A stretch of 63,900 bases of DNA, filler included, from Lama guanicoe (GCA_013239625.1; 77 parts of 76 records of this genome joined end to end with filler, not necessarily neighbours in it); one strand, 5' to 3'. Shown: positions 38,821 through 51,095, numbered from the whole stretch's first letter. Notes: a model not told the origin generated them from the sequence alone. Program-made: numbers and translations.

Positions 38821-39676
38821 ACGGACACTGCAGTGCCTACAAGAATCAGGAGTCTGATGAGTGAAAGCCTGGGGCGGGCAAGACAGGAAGCAAGCACCGC
38901 TCCCTCAAGCTCTGCAGGTGATCTCTGTGTCATCTTGAATAAATACAGTCAGCATTAAAGATGTTTGACAAGAGGGTAAAAGGTAAGGCCTCCCCAAATC
39001 TCCACTCATTCCTTTAGTGGGAGTCCTGTTAGAACACATGGTGACAGACGCTGGCATTACATGGGCACGTTGCCCTCAGGGCTGCAGGGGAGGCCACGGT
39101 GCTGCGTCTGCCCCACCTCCTTCCTTCATCCCCCAGAACTCACAGGGGCCACTGACACGTTTCTCTGACTTTCTCTCCTTGGTATTGCTGCTCTTCTAGC
39201 TTTTAAGAGCTCATAAACACCTCAGAAGAAAATCTTTAACAATGAATCCAAATCAAATGAAATCAACCACAGATACACACTGCCTTCATCATTACTTTTC
39301 ATTTTAGGACGAAATTCTTGAAGACGACTCCCTGACCTGAAGGGATGGATGGAGGAGAAAAGAAAAGAAGACAAGTATTTTGGCCCCCAAAAAATGAGAG
39401 GTAACCAGATGGTGGCTAGTTTTCATCGCACCTCTCTGCCCGCCCCAATTTCACATGCCCCTCCCAACTCAATTCATCAGAACTCGACTGAAGGAGACGG
39501 GTGTGCAAATTTATTGGAAGCCAAAGCAATTGCTCCAGAAGCAGTCTCCCGATCCCAGCGAGAACACTGAAAACTGNNNNNNNNNNNNNNNNNNNNNNNN
39601 NNNNNNNNNNNNNNNNNNNNTTAATTAATTAANNNNNNNNNNNNNNNNNNNNNNNNNNNNNNNNNNNNNNNNNNNN

Positions 39677-40402
39677 ACCTCCACAAACCATAGAGAGGTC
39701 ATCGCAAATACTTGGTTTCGGAGTCAAAACACACTGTCCCCCGCACTTCCGCCTAGGCTTTCCATCAGGGAAGACAAGCAAAGGGATTCACTTAGAACGC
39801 AAGCGCTGATGTCAGTTGGTGGAACTTCCCTGCACTCATAATTCCAGAACACATTGTTAGATGTGGGAGAGATGTGCAGCCCCACTCCACCCAGATGAAT
39901 GGAGGAAAAGGTGTTCCGTTTAGGGAGAAGTCCTCTAAGTACTTCCTCAGTGGATCAGGGGGCACTCACTGCTACTTGGCCTCCAAGCCCAACCCCCAGC
40001 TTTCCCTCATGGCCTGGCCTAAAATAAGGGATACTAATAGAACCCAGGTGCTGCTGTCAGTTTGAGGAACCTCCCCACACTAAGAATACCAGAACACTTC
40101 TTCGCGTGTGTGCTGGATGTAGGGAAACATTCAAAGCATCTTTAAGGGGGCACATTTATTCCATGGTTGTGGGTTGTAAGTTAAAATCCCACATCCCATG
40201 GATAGGCTCTCGCTAATACTTGGTTAAGAGCCCAACCCCCACTATCCCCAACACTCCAGCCTAGGCATGCCATCAGGGAAGAGAAGCTAAGGGATTCTAT
40301 TACAACCCAGGCGCTGCTGCCATTTGGAGGAGCCTCCCCACAATGAGGAAACGTGAGCACGTCTCCGTGTGTGTGCTGGAGGAGGGGAAACAGATTCCAC
40401 GC
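39677..40402 (+). repeat. Diverged ~245-265-bp satellite related to SatA (SatE)
   Basis: Recurring (T)TGG(A/T)GGA(A/G)C(C/T)TCCC motif at ~39816, 40061, 40324; reverse-complement match to 61233-62186. Confidence 0.88.
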
Positions 40403-40502
40403 NNNNNNNNNNNNNNNNNNNNNNNNNNNNNNNNNNNNNNNNNNNNTTAATTAATTAANNNNNNNNNNNNNNNNNNNNNNNNNNNNNNNNNNNNNNNNNN
40501 NN

Positions 40503-41508
40503 AGTGTGGTTGCTTTATCATTGGTACACAGTTGGGTTTGCTCTCTTGATTGACCAACCATTCCCACAATGCATTCCAGATCCCTGAGACTCAGCGTGTG
40601 CCATCATCCGTAGCCCTATCCCTCACTGTCCGTTGCCTCTGCTACCTCAAAATTGGCAGCTCGGTTCTTGGTCTCAGAATATATTTTGCTCTGGTTTCTT
40701 TGAGTTCTGTCAGCCAAGCATCTGCTGTGCACTCTTGTAAATCTCAGCACATCACCTTCAATCCCATGTCTCCTGTCCGCTTGAGAGTGTGCATCCAAGT
40801 TAAACAGAATTTCACCCTTGTTGCTCCATCACCAGTGGTCAGACCATGCACTTGTTTCCATTCCCTGCTTTGCCTTCTCCTGCTTCCAGGTGTCCTGAGG
40901 CCTCATCTTTTCTTTGGAAGTAACAGAACTCTCTTCGGCTAGTGTCCTGTGCCAAGGGCTGGGTGAGTGGATGTTTCCATTGCTCTGTACATGGGAGCGA
41001 GTGAGTGCAGGTTGCACTTCTTCTCTGCCAACTGGGCATCGATGAATCAACACTATCCAGATACATTTCACAGAAATGTGATATTTGCTTAGCTCTTTGT
41101 TTCTATACAGCCGNNNNNNNNNNNNNNNNNNNNNNNNNNNNNNNNNNNNNNNNNNNNNNNNNNNNNNNNNNNNNNNNNNNNNNNNNNNNNNNNNNNNNNN
41201 NNNNNNNNNNNNNNNNNNNNNNNNNNNNNNNNNNNNNNNNNNNNNNNNNNNNNNNNNNNNNNNNNNNNNNNNNNAAGACTTGTCAATTTTGGTAACATTT
41301 TGTCAGCTCTACGGAAAACCTAGACAGATAGAATGCAAACTAGCAGTCCAAACTGTTAAAGGGGTCATATAAGCTCTTTACGGTTGAAGCCTCTGATACC
41401 AACAGGAACCATGAAATAAGTATTGGAAACATTAAATAACCCCCAACCTTGGATACACATGTGCATGTTGTGCCCTTTACTCCCAATGACACCTACTGGC
41501 CAATGTTG
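40503..41508 (+). repeat. Unclassified multi-copy sequence (family G); 41389-41508 is paralogous to 44129-44248 (reverse strand)
   Basis: ACCAACAGGAACCATGAAATA...TATTGGAAACAT..AATAACCCC...GTGCATGTTGTGCCCTTTA...ATGACACCTACTGGCCA found reverse-complemented in the other fragment. Confidence 0.8.
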
Positions 41509-42150
41509 NNNNNNNNNNNNNNNNNNNNNNNNNNNNNNNNNNNNNNNNNNNNTTAATTAATTAANNNNNNNNNNNNNNNNNNNNNNNNNNNNNNNNNNNN
41601 NNNNNNNNCAGCTCTCCCACACCCAGGGAACATCTATGAGCCCTTGATGTTTCCACTTGGGTGGGGTGTGGTTTATCCAGGAGGGATGGGGACTATGCAC
41701 CAACACTCAGGCAGTCTGCTCTGTCTGGGGCTCTGATCTTGTACCACCCCGCTCCCCGCCAGCCCAACACCTGTGACAGTGGAGCTAAGACTGAGATCGT
41801 GCCTGCCTGTTTCCCGGTGTGTAAAAGGGGAGTATGTACTCTTCCCAAGGTAGTTCTGAGCGACAACACCTGCGGGTGCTTGGTTCCCAGAGCAACAGGA
41901 AACCCAGCTCCGCGTGGGGGCAATGGGTGTGATACCGGTAGGGGTTCGGCAGAAGTATCGGAATGTAAAACTTGAGCTGCGGGCCTTGAAGGGTTACAGA
42001 TGGGTACAGAGGCAGGTCTGCAGCCTCCTTCGGGGTGCCCCAGAGGTAAANNNNNNNNNNNNNNNNNNNNNNNNNNNNNNNNNNNNNNNNNNNNTTAATT
42101 AATTAANNNNNNNNNNNNNNNNNNNNNNNNNNNNNNNNNNNNNNNNNNNN

Positions 42151-42962
42151 ATATTCTATATTCTGTGTCCTAAATTCTATATTCTAAATCCTATATTAAT
42201 ATTCTGTATACTATATTGTAAATTATATGTTCCGCATTCTATGTTCTAAATTCTATATTCAGTATTCTGTTTTCTATATTCTAAATTCTCTGTTCTGAAT
42301 ACCATGTTCTCAATTCTGGGTTTTGTATTCTGTTTCCCATATTCTATATTCTGTATTCTATATTCTATATTCTGTGTTCTATATTTTATATTCTAAATTC
42401 TATATTCAGTATTCTGTTTTCTATATTCTAAATTCTCTGTTCTGAATACCATGTTCTCAATTCTGGGTTTTGTATTCTGTTTCCCATATTCTATATTCTG
42501 TATTCTATATTCTATATTCTGTGTTCTATATTTTATATTCTAAATTCTATATTCAGTATTCTGTTTTCTATATTCTAAATTCTCTGTTCTGAATACCATG
42601 TTCTCAATTCTGGGTTTTGTATTCTGTTTCCCATATTCTATATTCTGTATTCTATATTCTATATTCTGTATTCTAAATTCTGCATTCCGTATTCTATATT
42701 CTATATTCTGTGTTCTACGTNNNNNNNNNNNNNNNNNNNNNNNNNNNNNNNNNNNNNNNNNNNNTCTAAATTCTGTGTTTTACATTGTATATTCATATTC
42801 TATATTCAATATTCGGTTATCTATATTCTAAATTCTGTGTTCTGCATTCCATAATCTAAATTCTGGGTTGTATATTCTCTATTAAATTTTGTATAATCTG
42901 TGTTCAAAATTCAATATTCTAAATACTATATTCAGCATTCTGTGTTCTATATTCTAATTTCT
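42151..42962 (-). repeat. SatC, including ~3 near-identical 147-bp units
   Basis: ACCATGTTCTCAATTCTGGG at 42301, 42448, 42595. Confidence 0.95.
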
Positions 42963-43062
42963 NNNNNNNNNNNNNNNNNNNNNNNNNNNNNNNNNNNNNN
43001 NNNNNNTTAATTAATTAANNNNNNNNNNNNNNNNNNNNNNNNNNNNNNNNNNNNNNNNNNNN

Positions 43063-44248
43063 ATGGAGAATACTGGCCTGGAGACAGCTGTAGACAATAC
43101 CAGGATCAAAAAACTTTCATGAGACATATTGAACCTTGCTGATACTGGCAGAAACATACAGAGTGCCAACATGGACTTGTAGAAGTTCCTCAATTCTCTG
43201 CTCCAAGAACGGGTCCAAGATGCCTGACGTCTAAAAGAGAAGAGATGGCAGAGATGATCAAAACGCTCATGTTCTTGAAAGAGGTCGTGAGAATCCACAC
43301 NNNNNNNNNNNNNNNNNNNNNNNNNNNNNNNNNNNNNNNNNNNNNNNNNNNNNNNNNNNNNNNNNNNNNNNNNNNNNNNNNNNNNNNNNNNNNNNNNNNN
43401 NNNNNNNNNNNNNNNNNNNNNNNNNNNNNNNNNNNNNNNNNNNNNNNNNNNNNNNNNNNNNNNNNNNNNNNNNNNNNNNNNNNNNNNNNNNNNNNNTACC
43501 TGACCTGCAATGAGCCAGTACGAGAAATGCAAGCCCTTCTTAGAATTAGAGTTCCTCTTGCTTCACACTCTGTGAAAAACAGTGAACTCGTTAAAGGTCA
43601 AATAGTCTCGACTGAAATAGCTAGGAATTGGAAACTTCACTCACACAAAGAAACACTGTCCTTCCTCTAGATTCAGCCAATGCTGCGTTTATGTCAACTC
43701 TGGGGTGAAGGGAATGTGGTAAGTGAGGGGAATCTTTGACTGAACTTGAATATGTATTAGGCCTCATATTTTCAAGACAGTATAGGTAAATATTATAAGT
43801 CTGAAAGTGAACTGAACTGTAAAAGTCGACAAAGACATTAAAGATTCTCCTTATGTGGAGAGTCATTCACTTGATTCAAGCCCCCGGGGCACTATATCAT
43901 GGGGGAGCAGACTTGGTTGCGTTAAATGACTTTAACCAACATGATCGGAAGATTAAGCGTTCTCATCACTGATAGAAAAACACCTGGTTCTCAATAGCCT
44001 AACATAGCTGCAGCAGGGTTCTCAACGAGATATAATGCTTCTTGGTGCTTTTGGATTCAAACCTAAATGTATATATTTGGTTTGTTTTCTTTTGTATTTT
44101 CCTAGAGAGGGATGTTACACCTAGAAACGCCAACACTGGCCAGTAGGTGTCATAGGGATTAAAGGGCACAACATGCACAAGTGAATCCAATGTTGGGGTT
44201 TATTTCATGTTTCCAATAGGTATTTCATGGTTCCTGTTGGTTTCGGAG
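43063..44248 (-). repeat. Unclassified multi-copy sequence (family G)
   Basis: Terminal ~120 bp is a diverged reverse complement of 41389-41508. Confidence 0.75.
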
Positions 44249-44348
44249 NNNNNNNNNNNNNNNNNNNNNNNNNNNNNNNNNNNNNNNNNNNNTTAATTAA
44301 TTAANNNNNNNNNNNNNNNNNNNNNNNNNNNNNNNNNNNNNNNNNNNN

Positions 44349-45127
44349 TCTAGCACAAAGGGAACAGTTTGCAGGAGAAACACTTACTCTGGTTACTTAG
44401 TATGTTTCCTAGTGCCGGTTTGAAGTTCCTGCAGTTTTCACCGTTAAACCGAGTTGGAGCTTGTGCCTCCCCATATATATGTATGGACTGGAGTCTGCAA
44501 CTGAAGCGAAACTTTGTGTTCCCAACAAGCTAGTTGAAGGACGGCTTTCACAGNNNNNNNNNNNNNNNNNNNNNNNGAGAGACGTTCGTTCATCTAGCAC
44601 AAAGGGAACAGGTTGCAGGAGAAACACATACTCTGGTTTTTCAGACTCTTTCCTAGTGCCGGTTTGAAGTTCCTGCAGTTTTCACTGTAAAACCGAGTTG
44701 GAGCTTGTACTTCCCCATTTATATGTATGGAGTGGAGTCTGCAACTGAAGAGAAACTTTGTGTTCGAAACAAGCGAGGTGAAGGAAGGCTTTCACACACG
44801 ATTAATTCTCAAAATTGAGCATGTGGAGACACGTTCGTTCATCTAGCACAAAGAGAACAGTTTGCAAGGAAACACTTACTCTGGTTTCTCAGTCTGTTTC
44901 CTAGTGCCGGTTTGAAGTTCCTGCAGTTTTCACTGTAAAACCGAGTTGGAGCTTGTACCTCCCCATTTATATGTATGGAGTGGAGTCTGCAACTGAAGAG
45001 AAACTTTGTGTTCCCAACAAGCTAGGTGAAGAACAGCTTTCACACACGCTTAACTCTCAAAACTTAGCATGTGTAGAGACGTTCGTTCATCTAGCACAAA
45101 GAGAACAGTTTGCAAGGAAACACTTAC
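44349..45127 (+). repeat. SatB, distinct subfamily
   Basis: AGTGCCGG at 44655 and 44903 (248 bp). Shared variants GAAGTTCCTGCAG, CATCTAGCAC and GAGTCTGCAACTG recur across its units. Confidence 0.95.
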
Positions 45128-45227
45128 NNNNNNNNNNNNNNNNNNNNNNNNNNNNNNNNNNNNNNNNNNNNTTAATTAATTAANNNNNNNNNNNNNNNNN
45201 NNNNNNNNNNNNNNNNNNNNNNNNNNN

Positions 45228-46010
45228 TAGAATATAGAACCCAGAATTTAGAACATGGAAGGCAGAACACAGAATTAAATTATAGAATACATAATACTGA
45301 ATATAGAATTTAGGATATAGAATGTAGAACACAAAATTTAGAATATAGAATACAGAATGCTGAATATATAATTTATAATATAGAATGTAGAACACAGAAT
45401 ATAGAAAATAGAAAAGAGAATATAGAACCCAGAATTTAGAAAATTTAGAACATGGATTGCAGAACACAGAATTTAGAATATAGTATACAGAATACATAAT
45501 AAACAATTAAAAAATTGAATGTAGAGCACAGAATATAGAATATAAAATACATAATACTGAATATATAATTTAGAATATAGAATGTAGAAAACAGAATAAA
45601 AACTATAGCTTGGAGTATATTGAAGCCAGATATTGGAACATGGAAACCAGATCTCAGAATTTAGAATATAGAATACAGAATACTGAATATACAATTCAGA
45701 ATATAGAATGTAGAACTCAGAATTTAGAATATAGAATATAGAATACTGAATATAAAATTTAGAATATAGAAAGAAGAACACAGAATATAGAATAAAGAAT
45801 AGAGAATTAAGAACATGGAATGCAGAACAGATAATTTAGATTATAGAATACATAACACTGAATAAAGAACTTAGAATATGGAATGTAGAACACAAAATTT
45901 AGAATATAGAATACACAATGCTGAATACAGAATTTAGAGTATACAATGTAGAACACAGAATATAGAATATAGAAAATAGAATATAGAACCCAGAATTTAC
46001 AACATGGAAT
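45228..46010 (+). repeat. SatC
   Basis: (GAATATA)n variants. Confidence 0.95.
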
Positions 46011-46901
46011 NNNNNNNNNNNNNNNNNNNNNNNNNNNNNNNNNNNNNNNNNNNNTTAATTAATTAANNNNNNNNNNNNNNNNNNNNNNNNNNNNNNNNNN
46101 NNNNNNNNNNACTATAGACCATCCTCTTGCCCACATTAGGAAGTGACATCTTCCAAGACGCAGATCCTGTGTGCTTGTATATATGTATAAGTAAGAATTA
46201 AATATGTATGTCATCCCTTCACATGTTTAATTTGTGCCTTCCCAATTGAATGTGCACAGTAAAGGCTAACTTCCCATAACAGGAGAACTTTAGGAAGAAA
46301 AGAAGAAAAGAATTAGCCACCAGGGAGAAGACAGGACATCAAGCAGGAGTTTGGTATAAAATCATTTATTCTAAAGCTGCTCTGGAATAAATATGTGGAA
46401 TTGACATTATTGTATCATGCCAGAGCATCTGCTATTGAAGACCAATTTTAATTTACTTTGATATAAGTGGAAAATTGTGTCGGAACAGCATGGGAAATGA
46501 AGCACACTGCATCTATGTGTACTCCTGAAGTGTGTCTCAGAGCTGCTTAGTTATGAGGAAAAGTATCTTGTCTGGAGACAATAGAATTATTTTCATTGTT
46601 GGNNNNNNNNNNNNNNNNNNNNNNNNNNNNNNNNNNNNNNNNNNNNTTAATTAATTAANNNNNNNNNNNNNNNNNNNNNNNNNNNNNNNNNNNNNNNNNN
46701 NNACACACACACACAGCAAATCCATCTTGTTAGAAAATTCTGGCTACTCTGTCTTCATTAACCACCTACTCCCTGTTCCCTACCCTCCTAGGAGCCACCT
46801 TCAGCCACTTCTTGGACACCAAATAGCCTCCTTCTTCCATCTTTGTTTTTCTACAATCTCATCCACACAGAGTCAGAGGGAGCCTATTAAAGCATACATT
46901 G

Positions 46902-47021
46902 AGGGGGTCGGTGTAGCTCAGTGATAGAGCCCATGCTTAGCATGCATTAGATCCTGGGTTCAAACCACAGCACCTTCACGAAAATAAATAAATTACCCTC
47001 CCCTCCAAAAACACCAAAGCA
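46902..47021 (+). mobile_element. tRNA-derived SINE, camelid vic-1-like, with target-site duplication
   Basis: A box TAGCTCAGTG (46914), B box GGTTCAAACC (46957), ATGCTTAGCATGCA body, tail AAAATAAATAAATTACCCTCCCC; 13-bp TSD AAAGCATA(C/A)ATTG at 46889-46901 and 47022-47034. It appears to sit inside an L2-like remnant. Confidence 0.88.
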
Positions 47022-47732
47022 AAAGCATAAATTGGACATCACCCATCCCATCAAAACTCACTAAAAGGGTCACAATTTCATTAGGATCCAGAGTCGTTCC
47101 AAAGTCTTCCAGGACCTGACGTGCTCTGCCTCTCCGCCCACACTCTCCCCCTCAATCTGGGGGCCTCTGGCTCCGGCTCTTCCTTCTTCCTCCGGATCTA
47201 TGCTGCTTCAAGTTCATTACTCCGTGAGATCTGCCAGGATTGCCTTGTTCCCTCCTGTCTGCCTCGCACCCCACCGCCATCACCTGAGTTTGCTCATATC
47301 ACTCGTATTTTTCCCCAAGCTCTTGCTACCCCCAACATGCTGCCTGTTTCCTCTGCTAAAACTCTGAGCCCCCAGTGATGGGGTGTCGTGTCTATTTTGT
47401 TGACTAACAAAGCCCAAGAGCCTTGGGAACGGGTCTAGTTACTAGATTCCCATACGTAGTAGGAGCTTATACAGATTTGCTGAATGAATGCAGAGGTCCT
47501 GGTCCAATCCGATGGAGCACTTCTGTATCCTGCTCAAAGAATAACTCTCCTTTCCCCTTGAGAGGGGGTGACCACTTCCTTGTTGATCAAAGGCAAGGTC
47601 TATTTTCTTTATGCTGTTAACCTTAGGCGGGGNNNNNNNNNNNNNNNNNNNNNNNNNNNNNNNNNNNNNNNNNNNNTTAATTAATTAANNNNNNNNNNNN
47701 NNNNNNNNNNNNNNNNNNNNNNNNNNNNNNNN

Positions 47733-48165
47733 ATTCAGAATATTGAATGTAGAATATAGAATGAAGAACACAAAATATTGATATATTGTAAAGAGAATAT
47801 AGAACCTAGAATTTAGAAATGGAATGCAGAACACAGAATTTAGAATGTAGAATACAGAATACTGACTACAGCATTTAGAACATGGAATGCATAACACAGA
47901 ATTTAGAATATAGAATAGAAAATACTGAAAATAGAATTTAGAATATAGAATGAAGAACACAGAATATACAATATAGAAAAGAGAATATAGAATCCAGAAT
48001 TTAGAACATGGAATGCAGAAAACAGGATTTAGAATGTACAATACAGAATATTGAATATAGAGAATATAGAATGTAGAACTCATAAAATAGAATATAGAAC
48101 CCAGAGTTTAGAACATGAATTGAAGAACGAAGGATTTAGAAAATAGAATACAGAATACTGAATAT
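47733..48165 (+). repeat. SatC
   Basis: (GAATATA)n variants. Confidence 0.94.
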
Positions 48166-48265
48166 NNNNNNNNNNNNNNNNNNNNNNNNNNNNNNNNNNN
48201 NNNNNNNNNTTAATTAATTAANNNNNNNNNNNNNNNNNNNNNNNNNNNNNNNNNNNNNNNNNNNN

Positions 48266-49036
48266 TTTGTTTGCAGAGATTTTTTATTGTATTGATAATG
48301 GTATTCCATTTCTGGTGATTTGTCTGTTCAAATGGTTAGTTTCTTCTTGATGCAATATTGGTGGGCTGAATGTTTCCAAAAACTTCTCAATTACTTCCTG
48401 GTTATCCAGTTTGTTTCCGTACAGTTGCTCTTGATATTTCCTTATGATATTTTGTAAATTTGTTGTGCTCTTTGTATTTTCTCCATTTTCATTTCTTATA
48501 TTATTTGGGTTCTCTTTCTTTTCTTGTTGGTGATCCTGCCCAGAGATTTGTCAATTTTGTTTAAAGTTTCAAAAAAGAATTTGATTAATATTTTTCTATT
48601 TTTTAAACCCTATTTCAATTATTTCCTCCTTGATCTTTACTTTTTCCCCCTTTCTGTTGACTTTTGGTTTTGTTTGCTCTACTCTTCATGATTAGTTTAC
48701 ATAGAATGTCAGATTATTTATTTGAAATTGTACTTCTCCTTTGTGGAGGGCTTTGTCACTATGAACTTCCCTCTTAAACCTGCTTTCACTGTATTCCATA
48801 GACTTTTTGAAGTGTTTTGTCATATTTCTTAAGATATTTTTTAATTTCTTCTTTTAATTCATCAACTCCCTCCTTTGTTATAGTACCATGTTTTTTAATC
48901 TGGATGCTGTCATTTCTTCTCCCTGTTTTTCTATGATTTATTTCTAGTTTCATGGTATTATACTTAGAAAATACTTAGAAAAGTTATTTGAAATAATATT
49001 TACCTTCTTAAATTGTTGAGGCTTCTTCTGTGCCTG
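48266..49036 (-). mobile_element. Old LINE-1 ORF2 fragment
   Basis: Antisense CACTATGAACTTCCCTCTTAAACCTGCTTT...TTTCTAGTTTCAT; homologous to 26779-27248 and 58189-58667. Confidence 0.88.
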
Positions 49037-49136
49037 NNNNNNNNNNNNNNNNNNNNNNNNNNNNNNNNNNNNNNNNNNNNTTAATTAATTAANNNNNNNN
49101 NNNNNNNNNNNNNNNNNNNNNNNNNNNNNNNNNNNN

Positions 49137-49888
49137 AATGTCTCTGTGCCAGGGAATGCTAAGGGGGTTTGCAGGAAGTCCCAGGAACAGTGGCTGCCTC
49201 CCCAAAGTCAGGGACGGTATTTCTCGGACTTCCCCGAACAGGGAACACCTGTGACTGAAGAGAGCTGCGTGGAGTTGTCTCTCGATCTCCCTCACNNNNN
49301 NNNNNNNNNNNNNNNNNNNNNNNNNNNNNNNNNNNNNNNNNNNNNNNNNNNNNNNNNNNNNNNNNNNNNNNNNNNNNNNNNNNNNNNNNNNNNNNNNNNN
49401 NNNNNNNNNNNNNNNNNNNNNNNNNNNNNNNNNNNNNNNNNNNNNNNNNNNNNNNNNNNNNNNNNNNNNNNNNNNNNNNNNNNNNNNNNNNNNNNNNNNN
49501 NNNNNNNNNNNNNNNNNNNNNNNNNNNNNNNNNNNNNNNNNNNNNNNNNNNNNNNNNNNNNNNNNNNNNNNNNNNNNNNNNNNNNNNNNNNNNNNNNNNN
49601 NNNNNNNNNNNNNNNNNNNNNNNNNNNNNNNNNNNNNNNNNNNNNNNNNNNNNCCCCTGAGGGTCTTCCTAATGTCTCTGTGCCAGGGAATGCTAGGGGG
49701 GTTTGCAGGAAGTCCCAGGGACAGAGGCTGCCTCCCCAAGGTGAGGGAAGAAATTTCTCGGACTTCCCCGAACAGGGAACACCTGTGACTAAAGAGAGCT
49801 GCGTGGAGATGTCTCTCGAACTCCCCCCGCACCTACAACGCTTCCGGAATCCTGAGCGTGGGGAGGTTCCACCAAATGTCGGCAGCGC
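49137..49888 (-). repeat. SatA
   Basis: AATGTCTCTGTGCCAGGGAATGCTA...GGGAACACCTGTGACT on both sides of the gap. Confidence 0.95.
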
Positions 49889-49988
49889 NNNNNNNNNNNN
49901 NNNNNNNNNNNNNNNNNNNNNNNNNNNNNNNNTTAATTAATTAANNNNNNNNNNNNNNNNNNNNNNNNNNNNNNNNNNNNNNNNNNNN

Positions 49989-50493
49989 ATTCTCTATTCT
50001 ATATTTTGTGCTCATTATTATATATTCTATATTCTATTTTCTGCATTCCGTATTCTATATTCTTTATTCTCTTTTCTACATTGTATATTCTAAATTCTAT
50101 ATTCAGTATTCGGTATTGTATATTCTAAATTCTGTGTTCTACATTGTATATTCAGTATTCGGTATTCTATATTCTAAATTTTGTGTTCTACATTCTAAAT
50201 TCTAAATTCTATATTCAGTAGTCTGTATTCTATATTCTAAATTCAGTGTTCTGCATTCCATGTTCTAAATCCTGAGTTCTATATTCTGTATTTTCCATAT
50301 TCTATATTCTGTGTTTTGCATTCTATATTCTGTACTCAATATTCTCAATTCCGTATTCTATATTCTATACTCTGTGTTCTACATTCTATGTTCTAAATAC
50401 TATATTCAGTATTATGTATTCTATATTCTTATATTTTGTTCTGAATTCCATGTTCTAAATTATGGGTTCTATATTCTATACTCTATATTCTAT
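49989..50493 (-). repeat. SatC
   Basis: (TATATTC)n variants. Confidence 0.94.
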
Positions 50494-50593
50494 NNNNNNN
50501 NNNNNNNNNNNNNNNNNNNNNNNNNNNNNNNNNNNNNTTAATTAATTAANNNNNNNNNNNNNNNNNNNNNNNNNNNNNNNNNNNNNNNNNNNN

Positions 50594-50852
50594 AAAGAGA
50601 AGACTTTTTTCTCCACTACGATGTCAGTCTACAATTTGGGACCAATGACAGAAGAGAAGCAGACATCTACAAAGGACAAGTGGCTGAGAAATAAGTGCAT
50701 TTGTGTGTGAGAGTCATTATCCCCATGTTTCCCAGAAGAGTGACAAGATAAACCAATAGAAATATCATAAAAAGAAGAAGCTGGTGCTGGAAGTGATTTG
50801 TTAAGCCCACAAAAACAAACTCAATCACCAAAGTGTGATTTCCATTATCCAC
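50594..50852 (-). pseudogene. Olfactory receptor pseudogene, 5' part (class II, family 5, OR5G-like)
   Basis: (V)DNGNHTLVIEFVFVGL...LLVYLVTLLGNMGIMTL, then after a frameshift HTQMHLFLSHLSFVDVCFSSVIGPKL*TDIVVEKKVFS. Start codon is GTG, ~6 codons are missing before the LHTPMY-like motif, and there is an in-frame TAG. An upstream splice acceptor CTTTCTCATTACAG lies at ~50867. Confidence 0.93.
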
Positions 50853-51019
50853 TTCTCTGATCTAATCTGTAATGAGAAAGAGAGAGATTTTTCCTTTGAA
50901 TCAATTCATAGTTGGACTTATTTTTAAAAATAAATACAACTTCTATGTTTTTACATTTTGCAGAGTAGACTGACAGATGACAATCCTGCCTTCGACCTCT
51001 AGGTGGTCATCATAACTAC

Positions 51020-51095
51020 CTACTAACTATCTGTGTGATACTGAGTAAGTCGCTGAACCTCACTGGGCTTTTCAGTTTCTTCTTGATCAAAACAG
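51020..51095 (+). mobile_element. MIR remnant
   Basis: TACTAACTATCTGTGTGATACTGAGTAAGTCGCTGAACCTCACTGGGCTTTTCAGTTTCTTC. Confidence 0.6.

Noticed and set aside
46902..46975. tRNA-Ala-like sequence (TGC anticodon region)
   Set aside because: The acceptor stem is degenerate, and the SINE tail and TSDs show it is a retroposon, not a tRNA gene.
49224..49238. CENP-B-box-like motif in SatA (TCGGACTTCCCCGAA; reverse TTCGGGGAAGTCCGA)
   Set aside because: It matches only 7 of the 9 essential positions of TTCGnnnnAnnCGGG and is not conserved in most monomers.
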